From NCBI GenBank assembly GCA_951406725.2, contig OX597839.1, positions 8,928,001-8,992,000 on the forward strand: a stretch of 64,000 nt of DNA, in the 5' to 3' direction. A program made the position numbers and the translations under genes. The notes beneath the pieces are model-generated. The model was not told the DNA's origin, made no database searches, and saw nothing but the letters and a program-made list of their open reading frames with translations. This document shows, piece after piece, positions 1 to 13,662 of the stretch; within the stretch, counting starts at the first letter, position 1, and every line of letters starts with the position of its first letter. The DNA comes from Octopus vulgaris (lineage: Eukaryota).

Positions 1-739
1 TTTTTTTTTGTTTATGCTTTCATTTTGCTGTTAATGCTAAACAATGATCAGAAAGTCAACTTGTTTACTTCTCCTTCTCGCCTTTTATATATTTGTTTAT
101 TGTCCCATCGCCCCGAACCTAGCCAAACTTAAGGTAAAAATGTGATTTTTCAAGCCAGGTTCTCTGCAAAACTGGCAACAAACAAACAAAAAAAAAAACA
201 ACATTAACAAACAAGAAGTAAAAAAAAAACAAAAAAACAATTTAATGTTTTAACATAAATGAAATGTTTTGCTGGCAATGTTCACACATGAGTGTTAAAC
301 ACACACACACAACTGTAAACATAAACACAAATGTGAACACAACTGTAAACAACTCAAACAAATGTCAGGGCAAACTTAAAAACGTAAACAAAAATAAACA
401 TAAATGTAAACACAAGCACAAACAAAAACATCATGGGGCAGTTTACAGCTGTAAATGTTATTCATTGAATAATCAACAATGAAAAGCTACGTGAAATGGA
501 ATTTTTGATATTACAGCTAAATATATTTTCGTTACACAATGCACATACACACACACATGTATATACATATGCATACACAAGTACATGTGCATATGTGCAT
601 ACACATAAACACATGTAGCCAAGCACAAACATTTGCACATATACACACCATATGATTTATGCAGATTATTTAAGCACACCCCCCAATGCACATACACACT
701 TGCATATATTAATATATATTAATATATATGTGACCACCA

Positions 740-970
740 GGCGGTGAGCTGGTAGAAACGTTAGCACGCCGGGCGAAATTCGTAGCCGTATTTCGTCTGT
801 CGTTACGTTCTGAGTTCAAATTCCGCCGAGGTCGACTTTGCCTTTCATCCTTTCGGGGTCGATAAATTAAGTACCAGTTACGCACTGGGGTCGATGTAGT
901 CGACTTAATCCCTTTGTCTGTCCTTGTTTGTCCCCTCTGTGTTTAGCCCCTTGTGGGTAGTAAAGAAATA
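740..970 (+). mobile_element. tRNA-derived SINE family B (representative; other copies at ~2022-2610, 10025-10256, 17325-17550, 25897-26117, 33780-34077, 42990-43440, 50069-50295)
   Basis: ggcggYgagctggcagaaacgttagc head, gagttcaaattcc B-box, gcctttcatcctttcggggtcgataaattaagtaccag central domain (Meta/Sauria-SINE-like), tail ttagccccttgtggg..taaagaaa. Confidence 0.85.
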
Positions 971-974
971 TATA

Positions 975-1182
975 TGTGACCACGTGTGTACCGTTGTCGA
1001 TTTTTTTCCTCCGTCTTCCCTTCTCTGGATCTTTCCTTCTCCTATGTTTCTGACAAAGAGCTCCACTCGAAACGTTAAACCCTCCTTCTTCTCTTCCTTC
1101 CTGAGCATCCAATAATACTATATTTGTTCCACGTCCTCGCGTTGTTGTGTTTTCTCTTTGTGTTTTTATGTTTGGATTAACT
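975..1182 (+). mobile_element. TA-flanked short repeat carrying a degenerate minimal hammerhead-like motif (probable Penelope pLTR derivative)
   Basis: gttt-CTGACAA-a-GAG-ctcca-CTC-GAAA-CG-TT-aaac at 1046-1080. Confidence 0.5.
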
Positions 1183-2699
1183 ATATATATATATATATGT
1201 ATAGCAAATAAGAAAATGGAGAAGCACATTAGTTGGTTCATCAACTCTAGGATATTTGGTATATTAATAATTGGGTATTATACCAACAGTATATTGGATA
1301 AGTATTATCCCTTAGTGGGTTGGATCAACAACCCTTAACTTACTTGAGAGCTTTTTCATCCATGAAAGGTTGAATGGTCGTGGTTGGAACTTAGATTAGA
1401 GACCTACTTCAACAATTACTGAAATAAGGCATCATGTGAAAATTTAAATCCTTGAATAAATGATTGAATGTTGTGTTTGTGTAATATAGACATGGAGCTG
1501 GTATGGCTGTGAGGTAAGAAGCTTGCTACCCAAGCAAATAGTTCCAGGTTCAGTCCCACTGCATGGCACCTCGAGCAAGTGTCATTTACTACAACCTTGG
1601 GCTGGCCAAAACCTAGTGAGCAGATTTACTAAAAGGAAACTGGAAGAAGCCCATGATATACATGTGTGTGCATGTGTGTGTGTATGTGTGCGTGTGTGTG
1701 TGTGTGTGTGTGCGTGTGTCTTTGTGTCCCCACACCACTGCTTGGCAACCAGTGTTGGTGTATTTAAGTCCCTGTGACTTAACAGTTGGACAAAAGAGCC
1801 AGATAGAGTAAGTACAAGGTTTAAAAAGCAAAAACCACACTAATATTGAGGTCAATTCATTCTACTAAAACTTCTTCAATGTGGTGCCCCAGCATGACCA
1901 CAGTCTAACGACTGAAACATTTAAAAGATACTAAAGTATGGTATACACTGAGTGCATGCTTGTGCTGAATGGTTGGGAGAGAGTCAACATGTTAACATGT
2001 TAATATGTAAACGTAAATTAAGGCGGCGAGCTGGCAGAAATGTTAGCACGCCAGGCAAAATGCTTTGCAGTATTTCGTCTGCCACTACGTTCTGAGTTCA
2101 AATTCCGCCGAGGTCAACTTTGCCTTTCATCCTTTCGGGGTCGATAAATTAAGTACCAGTTACACACTGGTGATGATATAATCGACTTAATCCGTTTGTC
2201 TGTCCTTGTTTGTCCCCTCTATGTTTAGCCCCTTGTGGGTAGTAAAGAAATAGGTATTTTGTCTGCCGCTACGTTCTGAGTTCAAATTATGCCAAGGTCG
2301 ACTTTGCCTTTCATCCTTTCGGGGTCAATTAAATAAGTACCAGTTACGCACCGGGGTCGGTATAATCGACTTAATCCGTTTGTCTGTCCTTCTTTGTCCC
2401 TTCTGTGTTTAGCCCCTTGTGGGTAGTAAAGAAATAGAAATAGGTATTTCGTCTGTCTTTACATTCCGAGTTCAAATTCCACCGAAGTCAACTTTGCCTT
2501 TCATCCTTTCAGGATTGATAAATTAAGTACCAGTTGCATACTGGGGTTGATTTAATCATCTGGCCCCCTCCCCACATATTTCGGGCCTTGTCCCTAGAGT
2601 AGAAAAGAATATGTAACCGTATATGTATTTGTATAAACACATATGTTTCTGGGACGTACTGTAATGTAGAAAATTTGGGGATAAATGTATGTAGAGCTG

Positions 2700-2849
2700 T
2701 ACAAGAGGGTGCTGAAAAGTTCCTGGTTTTAAGGGTATCACAAAAAGTCTAGGACCAGCCTTCTCAGTTATTTTTAAGGGTTTCGAAAAACTGAAGGGTT
2801 GCTGCAATAAGTGTGTGAATCTGAGAGGGGAATATGCAGAATAAAATCG
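2700..2849 (+). mobile_element. Short mariner-derived MITE fragment, truncated by a SINE
   Basis: TIR-like start TACAAGAGGGTGCTGAAAAGTTCCTGG followed by a mariner C-terminus-like KLKGCCNKCVNLRGEYAE*. Confidence 0.6.
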
Positions 2850-3002
2850 TGGCTGTGTGGTAAGTAGCTTGCTTACCAACCACATGGTTCCGGGTTCAGT
2901 CCCACTGCATGGCATCTTGGGCAAGTGTCTTTTGCTTTAGCCCCGGGCCGACCAATGCCTTGTGAGTGGATTTGGTGGTCGGAAACTGAAAGAAGCCTGT
3001 CG

Positions 3003-3113
<111 letters not shown>

Positions 3114-3772
3114 CTTGTGTGTCTGTGTTTGTCCCCCTAGCATTGCTTGACAACCGATGCTGGTGTGTTTACGTCCCTGTCACCTAGCGGTTCGGCAAAT
3201 GAGACCGATAGAATAAGTACTGGGCTTACAAAGAATAAGTCCCGTGGTCAATTTGCTCGACTGAAGGCGGTGCTCCAGCATGGCCGCAGTCAAATGACTG
3301 AAACAAGTAAAAAGAGAGTAAAAGAGAGTAACTGATCCTCCTGTATTTTCTTTTACCCTAAAGCCAGAGACCTTCCAGTAACCCCTTGTATGTCTGTGTG
3401 ACCTGTGAGCTTGCACTGATGCATATGTGTGTGTGTGCATATGTGTGCATGTGCGTGTGTGTGTATGCGTGATGTAATGAAATGTGGAACATTTATGAAG
3501 AAATTTTTTTTTTTTTTTTTTTTTTTTTGTACTTGTTTCAGTCATTTGACTGCGGCCATGCTGGAGCACCGCCTTTAGAGTGGTGAAAGAGTACAGCAGG
3601 GATCACCACCATACCCTGCCGGAGCCTCGTGGAGCTTTTAGGTGTTTTCGCTCAATAAACACACACAACACCCGGTCTGGGAATCGAAACCGCGATCCTC
3701 CGACCGCAAGTCCGCTGCCTTAACCACTGGGCCATTCTGTAAATAAAGATACAAAAGTGAAAGTATGTGATT

Positions 3773-3805
<33 letters not shown>

Positions 3806-4099
3806 CAAGTGTATGTCTATGTTGATCTTGTGTGTGCGTGTCAGCGACCACGCCTGTATGTCTCTGTATGTATGTGTTATACTGACAAATTGATGCATGT
3901 AGAAAATAATGCACATATATATACACACACACATACACACACAAACACACACACACACACACACCTGTAAGTGCATGGAGAGGATGCTCGTGAAAATGTG
4001 CATGTACAGTGCATCAGAAAATATGTGTCAGTATGTGTACATGTATCACCTTGTAAATGCATAACAGCATGTGAATTTGTGTTTATCTTAGCATGCGTG

Positions 4100-4133
<34 letters not shown>

Positions 4134-5100
4134 AGTGAGTGTATGTATGTAGTAGTGTGTACAGGTGAGAGAGAGAGAGAGAAAATTTGTTTTTGTTGAC
4201 TAGTATGAATATGCGTACACATGTGCACGCTTGAATGCAAACATGTGTGCATATGCCTGTATGTGTGCATACGCCTGCATGTGTGCATACGCCTGCATGT
4301 GAGCATCTTTCGATAATGCTTACACCAAACATAATGATTGCTTCCATGCATCGAACTGGGTTGTTGCAGCTACTAGGGAGAGTAAGGAGAGATCGACACA
4401 TGGAAAGCGAGAGAGGGAGTGAGAAAGAAAAGCATGAGAGAGAGGAGGGGGTGAAGTTAAAGTCAAAAAGGAGAGAGAGAGAGAGAGAAGTGTGAGGGGG
4501 AAAGAGAGAGAAGAAACTGTGCTTCAGGAATGTAAAAAGAAGAAGGAAACAAAAAAAAAAAAAACAAATTCCAGAACATGGCTCAGATCATTTGTTAAAT
4601 GCGATGCCACTCACCATGACCACCACAAACATTGCCTCACCGACACCTATAGTATCACTGTCACTACACCACCGTCGTCCCCGCCGCTACCTGTTGAATG
4701 AGCACATAGCAGCAGCAACAGTAGCAGCAATTCTATTGATGTCTCACCTTAGGTTGCACATTAGCTCCAATTACATAATAACAGGCATCAAACGATGTCG
4801 TTAGTGAGAGAGACAGAGAGAGAGAGAGGTAACAGGAAAGAGGGGGGGAGAAAAGGAAATTAGAAAAAGTTATATATCATTAGAGAGATACATATACGTG
4901 TGGATGAGCAGAGGGAGACAGAGACGTAGATAGATGGACAGACAGATTTATCAATGAATAGATGGAAATCCATCTATGTATATACATATATATATATATT
5001 GAAATAATTCTTTAGCCCTTACTTATAAGTTGTATATATATATATATATATATAATAATTATATATAGTAATATAATATATGCATATGTATATATATATT

Positions 5101-5163
<63 letters not shown>

Positions 5164-5240
5164 GTATACATATATATATATATATGTGTGTATATATATA
5201 TATATATATACATGTCTATATATGTATATATACATGTCTA

Positions 5241-5285
<45 letters not shown>

Positions 5286-5292
5286 GTATAGT

Positions 5293-5338
<46 letters not shown>

Positions 5339-6887
5339 CACACACATATATATATGTATATATACATATACATATGTCTATATATGTATATATATAGACA
5401 TATGTATATATAAGCGATGTTGGGGGGACAAACACAGACACACAAACATACACATATATATATATATATACGCACATATATACAAAGGGCTTCTTTCAGT
5501 TTCCGTCTACCAAATCCACTCACAAGGCTTTGGTCGGCCCAAGGCTATAATAGAAGACACTTGCCCAGGGTGCCATGCAGTGGGAATGAACCAGGAACCA
5601 TGTGTTTGGTAATCAAGCTGCTTACCACACAGCCACTCCTACATATATAAAACAACACATACATAATACATACATAAAATACATATATTGCATATATTAT
5701 ATACATCTGCAGAATATACATATGGTATACACCCACTCCCTCTATTTGTGTCCACTCGCTACATTCCCTCCCCTTCAGATCTCATTTTCCTTTTACAACC
5801 ACACAAAGTAATCCACACCCTGATCTTCTCCAATCGTTAACTCACTCCACTAATACACATTCCCTGTTACTTGAGTGTAGCCTTACCATCACATCTTCAC
5901 TATCTCCTCTCCCCTCTCTCTCCCTCTTCCCAACTGCAAAACACCATTTCTGTTTCAAAATCCATTCATTCTCTCATCACCTAGCACAAAACCACCTCAT
6001 TTCAATTCTGCTCCATGCTTCAGTTAAGGTGTCTTGGCTTGTTAAGTTATTTGGCAACCTCACTGGTGTTGGTGCTACATAAAAAATACCCCAGTACACT
6101 CTGTAAAGTGGTTGACATTAAGAAGGGCATCCAGCTATAAAATGCATGCCAAGGAAAGCTTGATACAGTCTTCTGACTTCGCAGTTCCTATCAAACAAAC
6201 CAATTAAGTCACAATATGTAGATTGAAGTAATCAGGTAGCACTCATAAAAAAAGCTCCTTTCTGTATTATTCAACAAAACATATAGAATATATGATACAA
6301 GAGAAAATGAGGAGGAATGGATAAAGCCAGAGAAATAGTTCCATGATATTTTTATTTCATTAATTAGAAAATTCTAATATCACAAATCGTTTCAATGCAA
6401 AATGCAAAAAAATCCTTTAAAATAATACAGAATTTAAGCTTTGTCCTTGGGTGAAAGAAAGTCTTTGTTAAATTGTAGATTCTCGATGTAATGTTATAGG
6501 AACACAAGGTCAAAATTTAAAAAGATTATGGAAGACAATAATAATAGAATTGATATAAATTAATATGAGGATTTTCTAATAAATGGAAGAGAATTTCAGT
6601 AATATAATTAAAATGTAACTCATAGATATTATTAGTACAATAAAAGGAAAGAGATATATTTATTACTAAAAAAATCTAGAATATAAGAGATTGTAAACAG
6701 AGACAAAAAAGTTATAAAGCAATTTGTTATGATATTAGGATTTTCTTATTATCAAATAAAATTTCATCAAACTATTTTCCTGTCATTTATGACTATATAC
6801 ATACATACATGAACGTATGTATGTATGTATGTATGTATGTATGTATGTATGCATGTATGTATGTATGTATGTATGTATGTATGTATG

Positions 6888-6921
<34 letters not shown>

Positions 6922-6987
6922 CGTACGTACGTATGTATGTATTATGTATGTATGTATGTGCATGTATATATATATATATATGTGTGT

Positions 6988-7290
6988 GGAGGCGCAATGG
7001 CCGAGTGGTTAGGGCAGCGGACTTGCGGTCATAGGATCGCAGTTTCGATTCCCAAACTGGGCGTTGTGAGTGTTTATTGAGCAAAAACACCTAAAGCTCC
7101 ACAAGGCTCCAGCAGGGGGTAATGGCGATCCCTGCTGTACTCTTTCGCCACAACTTTCTCTCACTCTTTCTTCTGTTGGCCTGCTCGCTTAGCCAGTGGG
7201 GTGGCATCATTTGAAGGCTAAAACAATGCGAAGCGCATTGTGACCAGCGATTTGTAGCAACATCTGATAGCCTGGTCAGTCACGGTGATC
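6988..7290 (+). mobile_element. tRNA(Arg)-like-head SINE family C (possibly octopus OR type); + copy also at 54566-54860
   Basis: ggaggcgcaatggccgagtggttagggcagcggact...gtttcgattccc head with A and B boxes. Confidence 0.8.
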
Positions 7291-7563
7291 ACATAGCATA
7301 TACATATACGTTCTTCAGCAAGACACTTTTATTTCACAGTGCACCAGTTCACTCAGCTGTAGAAACATCGGTAGAAACATCAGTTTGGTGATATCGGTGG
7401 TATAGAGAGAGAATTTTGGTATGCATGGGCAACTGCAGGTCCTCCAAAAACAACCTTACACACACTTGCGCCTCAGAGGGGAACTTTCTAGGTGCAATCC
7501 TATGATCATTCATGACTAAAGGTGGTCTTTACTCTTTATATATATATATATGTATATATATAT

Positions 7564-7866
7564 CACCGTGATCACCGTGACCGACTAGGCTATCAGATGT
7601 TGTTACACATCGCTGGTCACAATGCGCTTTGCATTGTTTAGCCTTCGAATGACGCCACCCCGCTGGCTAAGCGAGCAGCCCAACAGAAGAAAGAGTGGGA
7701 GAAATAGCGGTGAAAGAGTACAGCAGGGATCACCACCCCCTGCCGGAGCCACGTGGAGCTTTTAGGTGTTTTCGCTCAATAAACACACACAACACCCGGT
7801 CTGGGAATCGAAACCGCAATCCTACGACCGCGAGTCCGCTGCCCTAACCACTGGGCCATTGTGCCT

Positions 7867-7936
<70 letters not shown>

Positions 7937-8235
7937 TTTCACAACCAGACCATCAGATGTTGCTGCACATCGCTGGTCACAATGCGCTTTGCATTGTTTT
8001 TTTAGTCTTCAATGACATCACTCCACTGGCTAAGCAAGCAGGCCAACAGAAGAAAGTGTGAGAGAAAGTTGTGGCGAAAGAGTACAGCAGGGATCACCAC
8101 CACCCCCTGCCGGAGCCTCATGGAGTTTTTTAGGTGTTTTCACTCAATAAACATTCACAACGCCCAGTCTGGGAATCGAAACCGCGATCCTACGATGGCA
8201 AGTCTGCTGCCCTAACCACTGGGCCATTGCGCCTC

Positions 8236-8238
<3 letters not shown>
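7564..8238 (-). mobile_element. Two minus-strand copies of SINE family C (7564-7869, 7945-8238)
   Basis: Reverse complements of 6988-7290, ending ...ctaaccactgggccattgYgcctcc. Confidence 0.85.
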
Positions 8239-8309
<71 letters not shown>

Positions 8310-8628
8310 AAGGCACATGGCTTAGTGGTTAAAGTGTTACGCTCACAATTGCAGGGGTCGTGGTTTCGATTCCCAGGCCAAGTGTTGCATTGCATTCTTG
8401 TACTCTTGTATTGTACTCTTGTACTCTTGCATTCTTGAGCAACTTTGTTATTTGACATGTGACATGCCATGCACCTGTACAGGTAACAACGATTTGATGG
8501 AGGGAGTGAGCTTATGCAAACACAAAGTATTTGATCACAATAAACAAGTCATCTGAGCAGATTGTCATCTAACGATGGGAGAGTTCATGATACATACATA
8601 CAATATATATATGTGTGTGTGCATCATG

Positions 8629-8661
<33 letters not shown>

Positions 8662-8666
8662 ATATG

Positions 8667-8715
<49 letters not shown>

Positions 8716-8728
8716 ATATATATATATG

Positions 8729-8845
<117 letters not shown>

Positions 8846-9261
8846 ATGTATGTATATATATATAAAATCAATAATAATCATGAATATTACAACTCTAATA
8901 TTCTAATGTTGATTGTAAATGAAAATGATGATGATAAATATACAAATGATGACATTGACGATAATAACGACATACAATATGCCGGTGAAAACAATTATAA
9001 TAATGAGAATGATGATAAAAAAAAAGAGAGAAAAACGTTAATGATGACAATGATAATCGTCATAACTATGATACTGATGTTGCTGATGATGATGATAATT
9101 CTAATACTAATCAAGCAATCATCAGCAGCAACATCACAAGATTTTTGGCAATTATAACCTGGATGTTTTTGTCTCTCTTTTTTTTCTATTTTTACTTTCA
9201 CTTTGTGATGTGTGTTTGTTTGAGTACGCACAGATTTACATGCATAAATATATACATTTTT

Positions 9262-9297
<36 letters not shown>

Positions 9298-10550
9298 TAC
9301 TCTCTCTTTCTCTCTCTCTCTGTAGTAAGAAATTTGCTTCCCAACCACATGATTCTGGGTTCAGTCCCACTGCGTGGAACCTTGGGCAAGTGTCTTCTAC
9401 TCACCAACTTCATTTCACACTCATCACCTGAAGACTTTCCAACCAATCTTAATCTTTTATTTGTTTCAGTCATTAGACTCTGACCAAGCTGGAGCACCAC
9501 CTTGAGAGATTTTAGTCAAATTAATCAACCCCTGTACTTATTCTGCCAGTCTCCCTTGCCAAACTGCTAAGTTACTGGGGATGTAAACACACTATTACTG
9601 GTTGTCAAGCAGTTGTGAGGGACAAACACAGGCACATAGAGACACACACACATATGGGCTTCTTTCTGTTTCCATCTACCAAGTCCACTTACACTGTGGC
9701 TGTGGTTGGGAAGCAAGCTTCTAACAACACAGCCATGCCTGTGCCTTGAATACATTCACACCATCTAGGTTTTATTCACTAAGATAAGTCAGTCTCTTTC
9801 TACTGGCTTTGGTCTGGAAGAAGAGGAGGCTGTGGTTATGATCTTCACAACCCTATCGACTGAAACTGACTGACATTTACTCACACATACAAACACTACA
9901 CCCATGGAGGGCATTACAGATGGACCACGATTTTGCATTGCTTTTTCTAACCACATGGTTCCATGTTTAGTTTCAATGCATGGTATCTTAGGCAAATGTC
10001 TTCTACCAAATAGATATATATATCTGTTTCTTTATTACCCACAAGGGGCTAAGAACAGAGAGGACAAACAAAGACAGACAAACGGATTAAGTTGATTACA
10101 TCAACCCCAGTGCGTAACTGGTACTTAATTTATTGACCCCGAAAGGATGAAAGGCAAAGTCGACCTTGACAGAATTAGAACTCAGAACGTAACGGCAGAT
10201 GAAATACGGCTATGCATTTTGCCCGACGTACTAATGGTTCTGCCAGCTTGCCGCCTTCAAGATATATATATATATCATTATCATCATCATCATCATCATC
10301 CCCATCATTTAACATCCATTTTCCATGCTGGCATGGGTTGGATGGCAAGACAGGAACTGGCAAGACAGGAACTGGTAAGACCAGGAACTGCACCAGGTTC
10401 CATAGTCTATTTTGGCATGGTTTTTATGACTGGATGCCCTTCCTAATGCCAACCACTTTGCATGGCACCAACAGCAGTGCTTTTTACGTGGCACTTTGGT
10501 TTAAGGATCTCAATTCTGTTGCAGTGGTGGATATATTTGCACATAGATGC

Positions 10551-10581
<31 letters not shown>

Positions 10582-11204
10582 TGTGTGTCTTTGTGTCTGT
10601 GTTGGTGAATTTATATTTAAAGAAATAAATACTTTTAAGGCAATGCCCCAACATGGCCGCAGTCCAATGATCGAAGCATGCAAAAGATAAAAGATCACAG
10701 AATCTAAAGATGGAGTGAAAGGCAGATAGATATATGGACAAACCGATAGAGAGAATAAAAGAGAGGGAAAGAGAGTGAAAAAGTAGTAGAGATAGAGGGA
10801 GTAAGAAAAAGGTGAAAGAGGGGCTATATAAGAGGGGGATGGGATGAGGGGAAATAAGAGTGAGTGGGATGGGGAGAATATGAGAGATAGAAAATCAGGA
10901 AATTATAGTGAAAGAGAATAAGTGTGAGGGAATGTGTAAGAAAGTGAGAAGAAGGAGGAGGAGGAGGAAAGATAGAGGGGGTGGGGTGAAACGAATGATT
11001 GGTGGATTGGTGAATAAATCACGGAATGATTATCCCACACTTTATTAACATTTATTCAAGATGAGAAACCATCCAAATCAGCATTAATATGATGAAATCT
11101 TAGCGTGTATGTGCACACACACACACACACACACATACTTACACACACACACATACTTACACACACACACACAAACACACACTTACACACACACAAACAC
11201 ACTT

Positions 11205-11237
<33 letters not shown>

Positions 11238-11424
11238 CACACACACACATACTTACACACACACAAACACACACACACACTTACACAACCACACACACAC
11301 ACACAAACAAACATACACTTACACACACACAAACACACTTACACACACAAACACATTTACACACACTTGTATATTGTGTATGTGTGTGTGTATAAATGCA
11401 CATAGATATATATACATACATGGG

Positions 11425-13160
11425 ACGTAGTCAGTCCTGTGCATACCTTCCTTCTTGTGACACTTATGAAGACCTGTTGAGGCAAGTGAAAATCAAATCA
11501 AATCAAATCAAAACAAATCAAAATAGATGAACATCAGTGGAATTGTATTCCTTGTGGTACCAGTGCCGGTGGCACACAAGAAAACCACCCAAACGTGGCC
11601 GTAACCAGTACCGCATCGACTGGCCTCCGTGCTGTGGGCACAACAAACACCATCCGATCGTGGCCGTTCGCCAGCCTCATCTGGCACCTGTGCCGGTGGC
11701 ACATAAAGACACCATCCGAAGACCCGGCGACGTAGTCAGTCCACCTGTGCATACCTTCCCTCTTATGACACTTGTGAAGACCTGTTGAGGCAAGTGTGTG
11801 ACACTTGTGAAGACCTATTGAGGCAGAGGCAAGTGTGTGACACTGGTGGAGACCTGTTGAGGCAAGTGTGTGACCCTTGTGAAGACCTGTTGAGGCAAGT
11901 GAAAATCAAACCAAATCAAAATAGATGAATATCAATGGAATTTGTATCTTTGTGGTTCCAGTACAGGTGGCACACAAGAAAACCATCCGAACGTGGCCGT
12001 AGCTGGTACCGCATCGACTGGCCTCCGTGCTGTGGGCACAACAAACACCATCTGATCGTGGCCGTTCGCCAGCCTCACCTGGCACCTGTGTCGGTGGCAC
12101 ATAAAAACACCATCCAAAGACCCGGCGACGTAGTCAGTCCACCTGTGCATACCTTCCCTCTTATGACACTTGTGAAGACCTGTTGAGGCAGAGGCAAGTG
12201 TGTGACACTTTGTGAAGACCTGTTGAGGCAGAGGCAAGTGTGTGACACTTGTGGAGACCTGTTGAGGCAAGTGTGTGACACGCGTGACACTTGTGAAGAC
12301 CTGTTGAGGCAAGTGAAAATCAAAATCAAACCAAATCAAAATAGATGAACATCAATGGAATTTGTATCTTTGTGGTTCCAGTACCGGTGGCACACAAGAA
12401 AACCATCCGATCGTGGCCGTTCGCCAGCCACATCTGGCACCTGTGTCGGTGGCACATAAAGACACCATCCGAAGACCCGGCGACGTAGACAGTCCACCTG
12501 TGCATACCTTCCTTCTTGTGACACTTGTGAAGACCTGTTGAGGCAAGTGAAAATCAAATCAAATCAAATCAAATCAAAACAAATCAAAATAGATGAACAT
12601 AAATGGAATTTGTATCTTTGTGGTACCAGTGCCGGTGGCACACAAGAAAATCATCCGAACGTGGCCGTAGCCAGTACCGCATAGACTGGCCTCCGTGCTT
12701 TGGGGACGTAACAAACACCATCCGATCGTGGCCGTCCGCCAGCCTCATCTGGCACCTGTGTCGGTGGCACATAAAAACACCATCCGAGCGTGGCCGTCTG
12801 CCAGCCTCGTCTGGCACCTGCCAGCCTCATCTGGCACCTGTGTCGGTGGCACATAAAAACACCATCCGAGCGTGGCCGTCTGCCAGCCTCGTCTGGCACC
12901 TGTGTCGGTGGCACATAAAAACACCATCCGAGCGTGGCCGTTCGCCAGCCTCGTCTGGCACCTGTGTCGGTGGCACATAAAATCACCCACTACACTCTCG
13001 GAGTGGTTGGCGTTAGGAAGGGCATCCAGCTGTAGAAACACTGCCAGATCTGACTGGCCTGGTGCAGCCTTCGGGCTCCCCAGACCCCAGTTGAACCGTC
13101 CAACCCATGCTAGCATGGAAAACGGACGCTAAATGATGATGATGATGATGATGATGATGA
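11425..13160 (+). repeat. Tandemly amplified SINE/RTE-tailed repeat (family D) with internal sub-repeats
   Basis: About 4 reiterated 190-420-bp blocks (gtagtcagtccacctgtgcatacc; (gacacttgtgaagacctgttgaggcaag)n; ggcacctgtgtcggtggcacataaaa). Ends in ggcgttaggaagggcatccagc...catgctagcatggaaaacggac(gat)n. Confidence 0.85.
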
Positions 13161-13302
13161 TACATATACACACGAAAACATACATATAAGTGCATATACA
13201 TACATACACATATATACATCCACAGACACACAGTGTGTGTGTACATGTGTATGCGTGTACACACATACATACATATGTATGTATGCGCATATTTTCTTAT
13301 AT

Positions 13303-13353
<51 letters not shown>

Positions 13354-13366
13354 CACACACACACAC

Positions 13367-13400
<34 letters not shown>

Positions 13401-13624
13401 TCTTTTTTCTTCCTTCAAAAGATGGTAGGTGGAAGGTGAATCAGAGACCCAATTCTGACAAACAAACCATTTTAAAATACCAAATTATGCCATCCAACCT
13501 ACAATTTTCAGGGCCACCACCATCAAGCACATGCTATCATTGCCACACACCATTAAAATTCAAACACTTACAGATAGATAGACTGATTGACAGAGAGGGA
13601 GACAAACAGACAGAGAGAGAAAGA

Positions 13625-13662
<38 letters not shown>

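Noticed and set aside
4614-4689. Possible phase-1 minus-strand exon (caacag|GTAGCGGC...gtgagt) giving GSGGDDGGVVTVIL*
   Set aside because: Weak polypyrimidine tract, 37 kb from the last exon and no recognisable homology. Cannot be supported without RNA data.
6988-7062. tRNA-like sequence with A/B boxes
   Set aside because: Continues directly into a SINE body present in several copies, and the acceptor stem is incomplete. It is a SINE head, not a tRNA gene.
11770-12320. CRISPR-like spaced repeats (gacacttgtgaagacctgttgaggcaag)
   Set aside because: No unique spacers, no cas genes and a eukaryotic context. It is an internal minisatellite of a retroposon.
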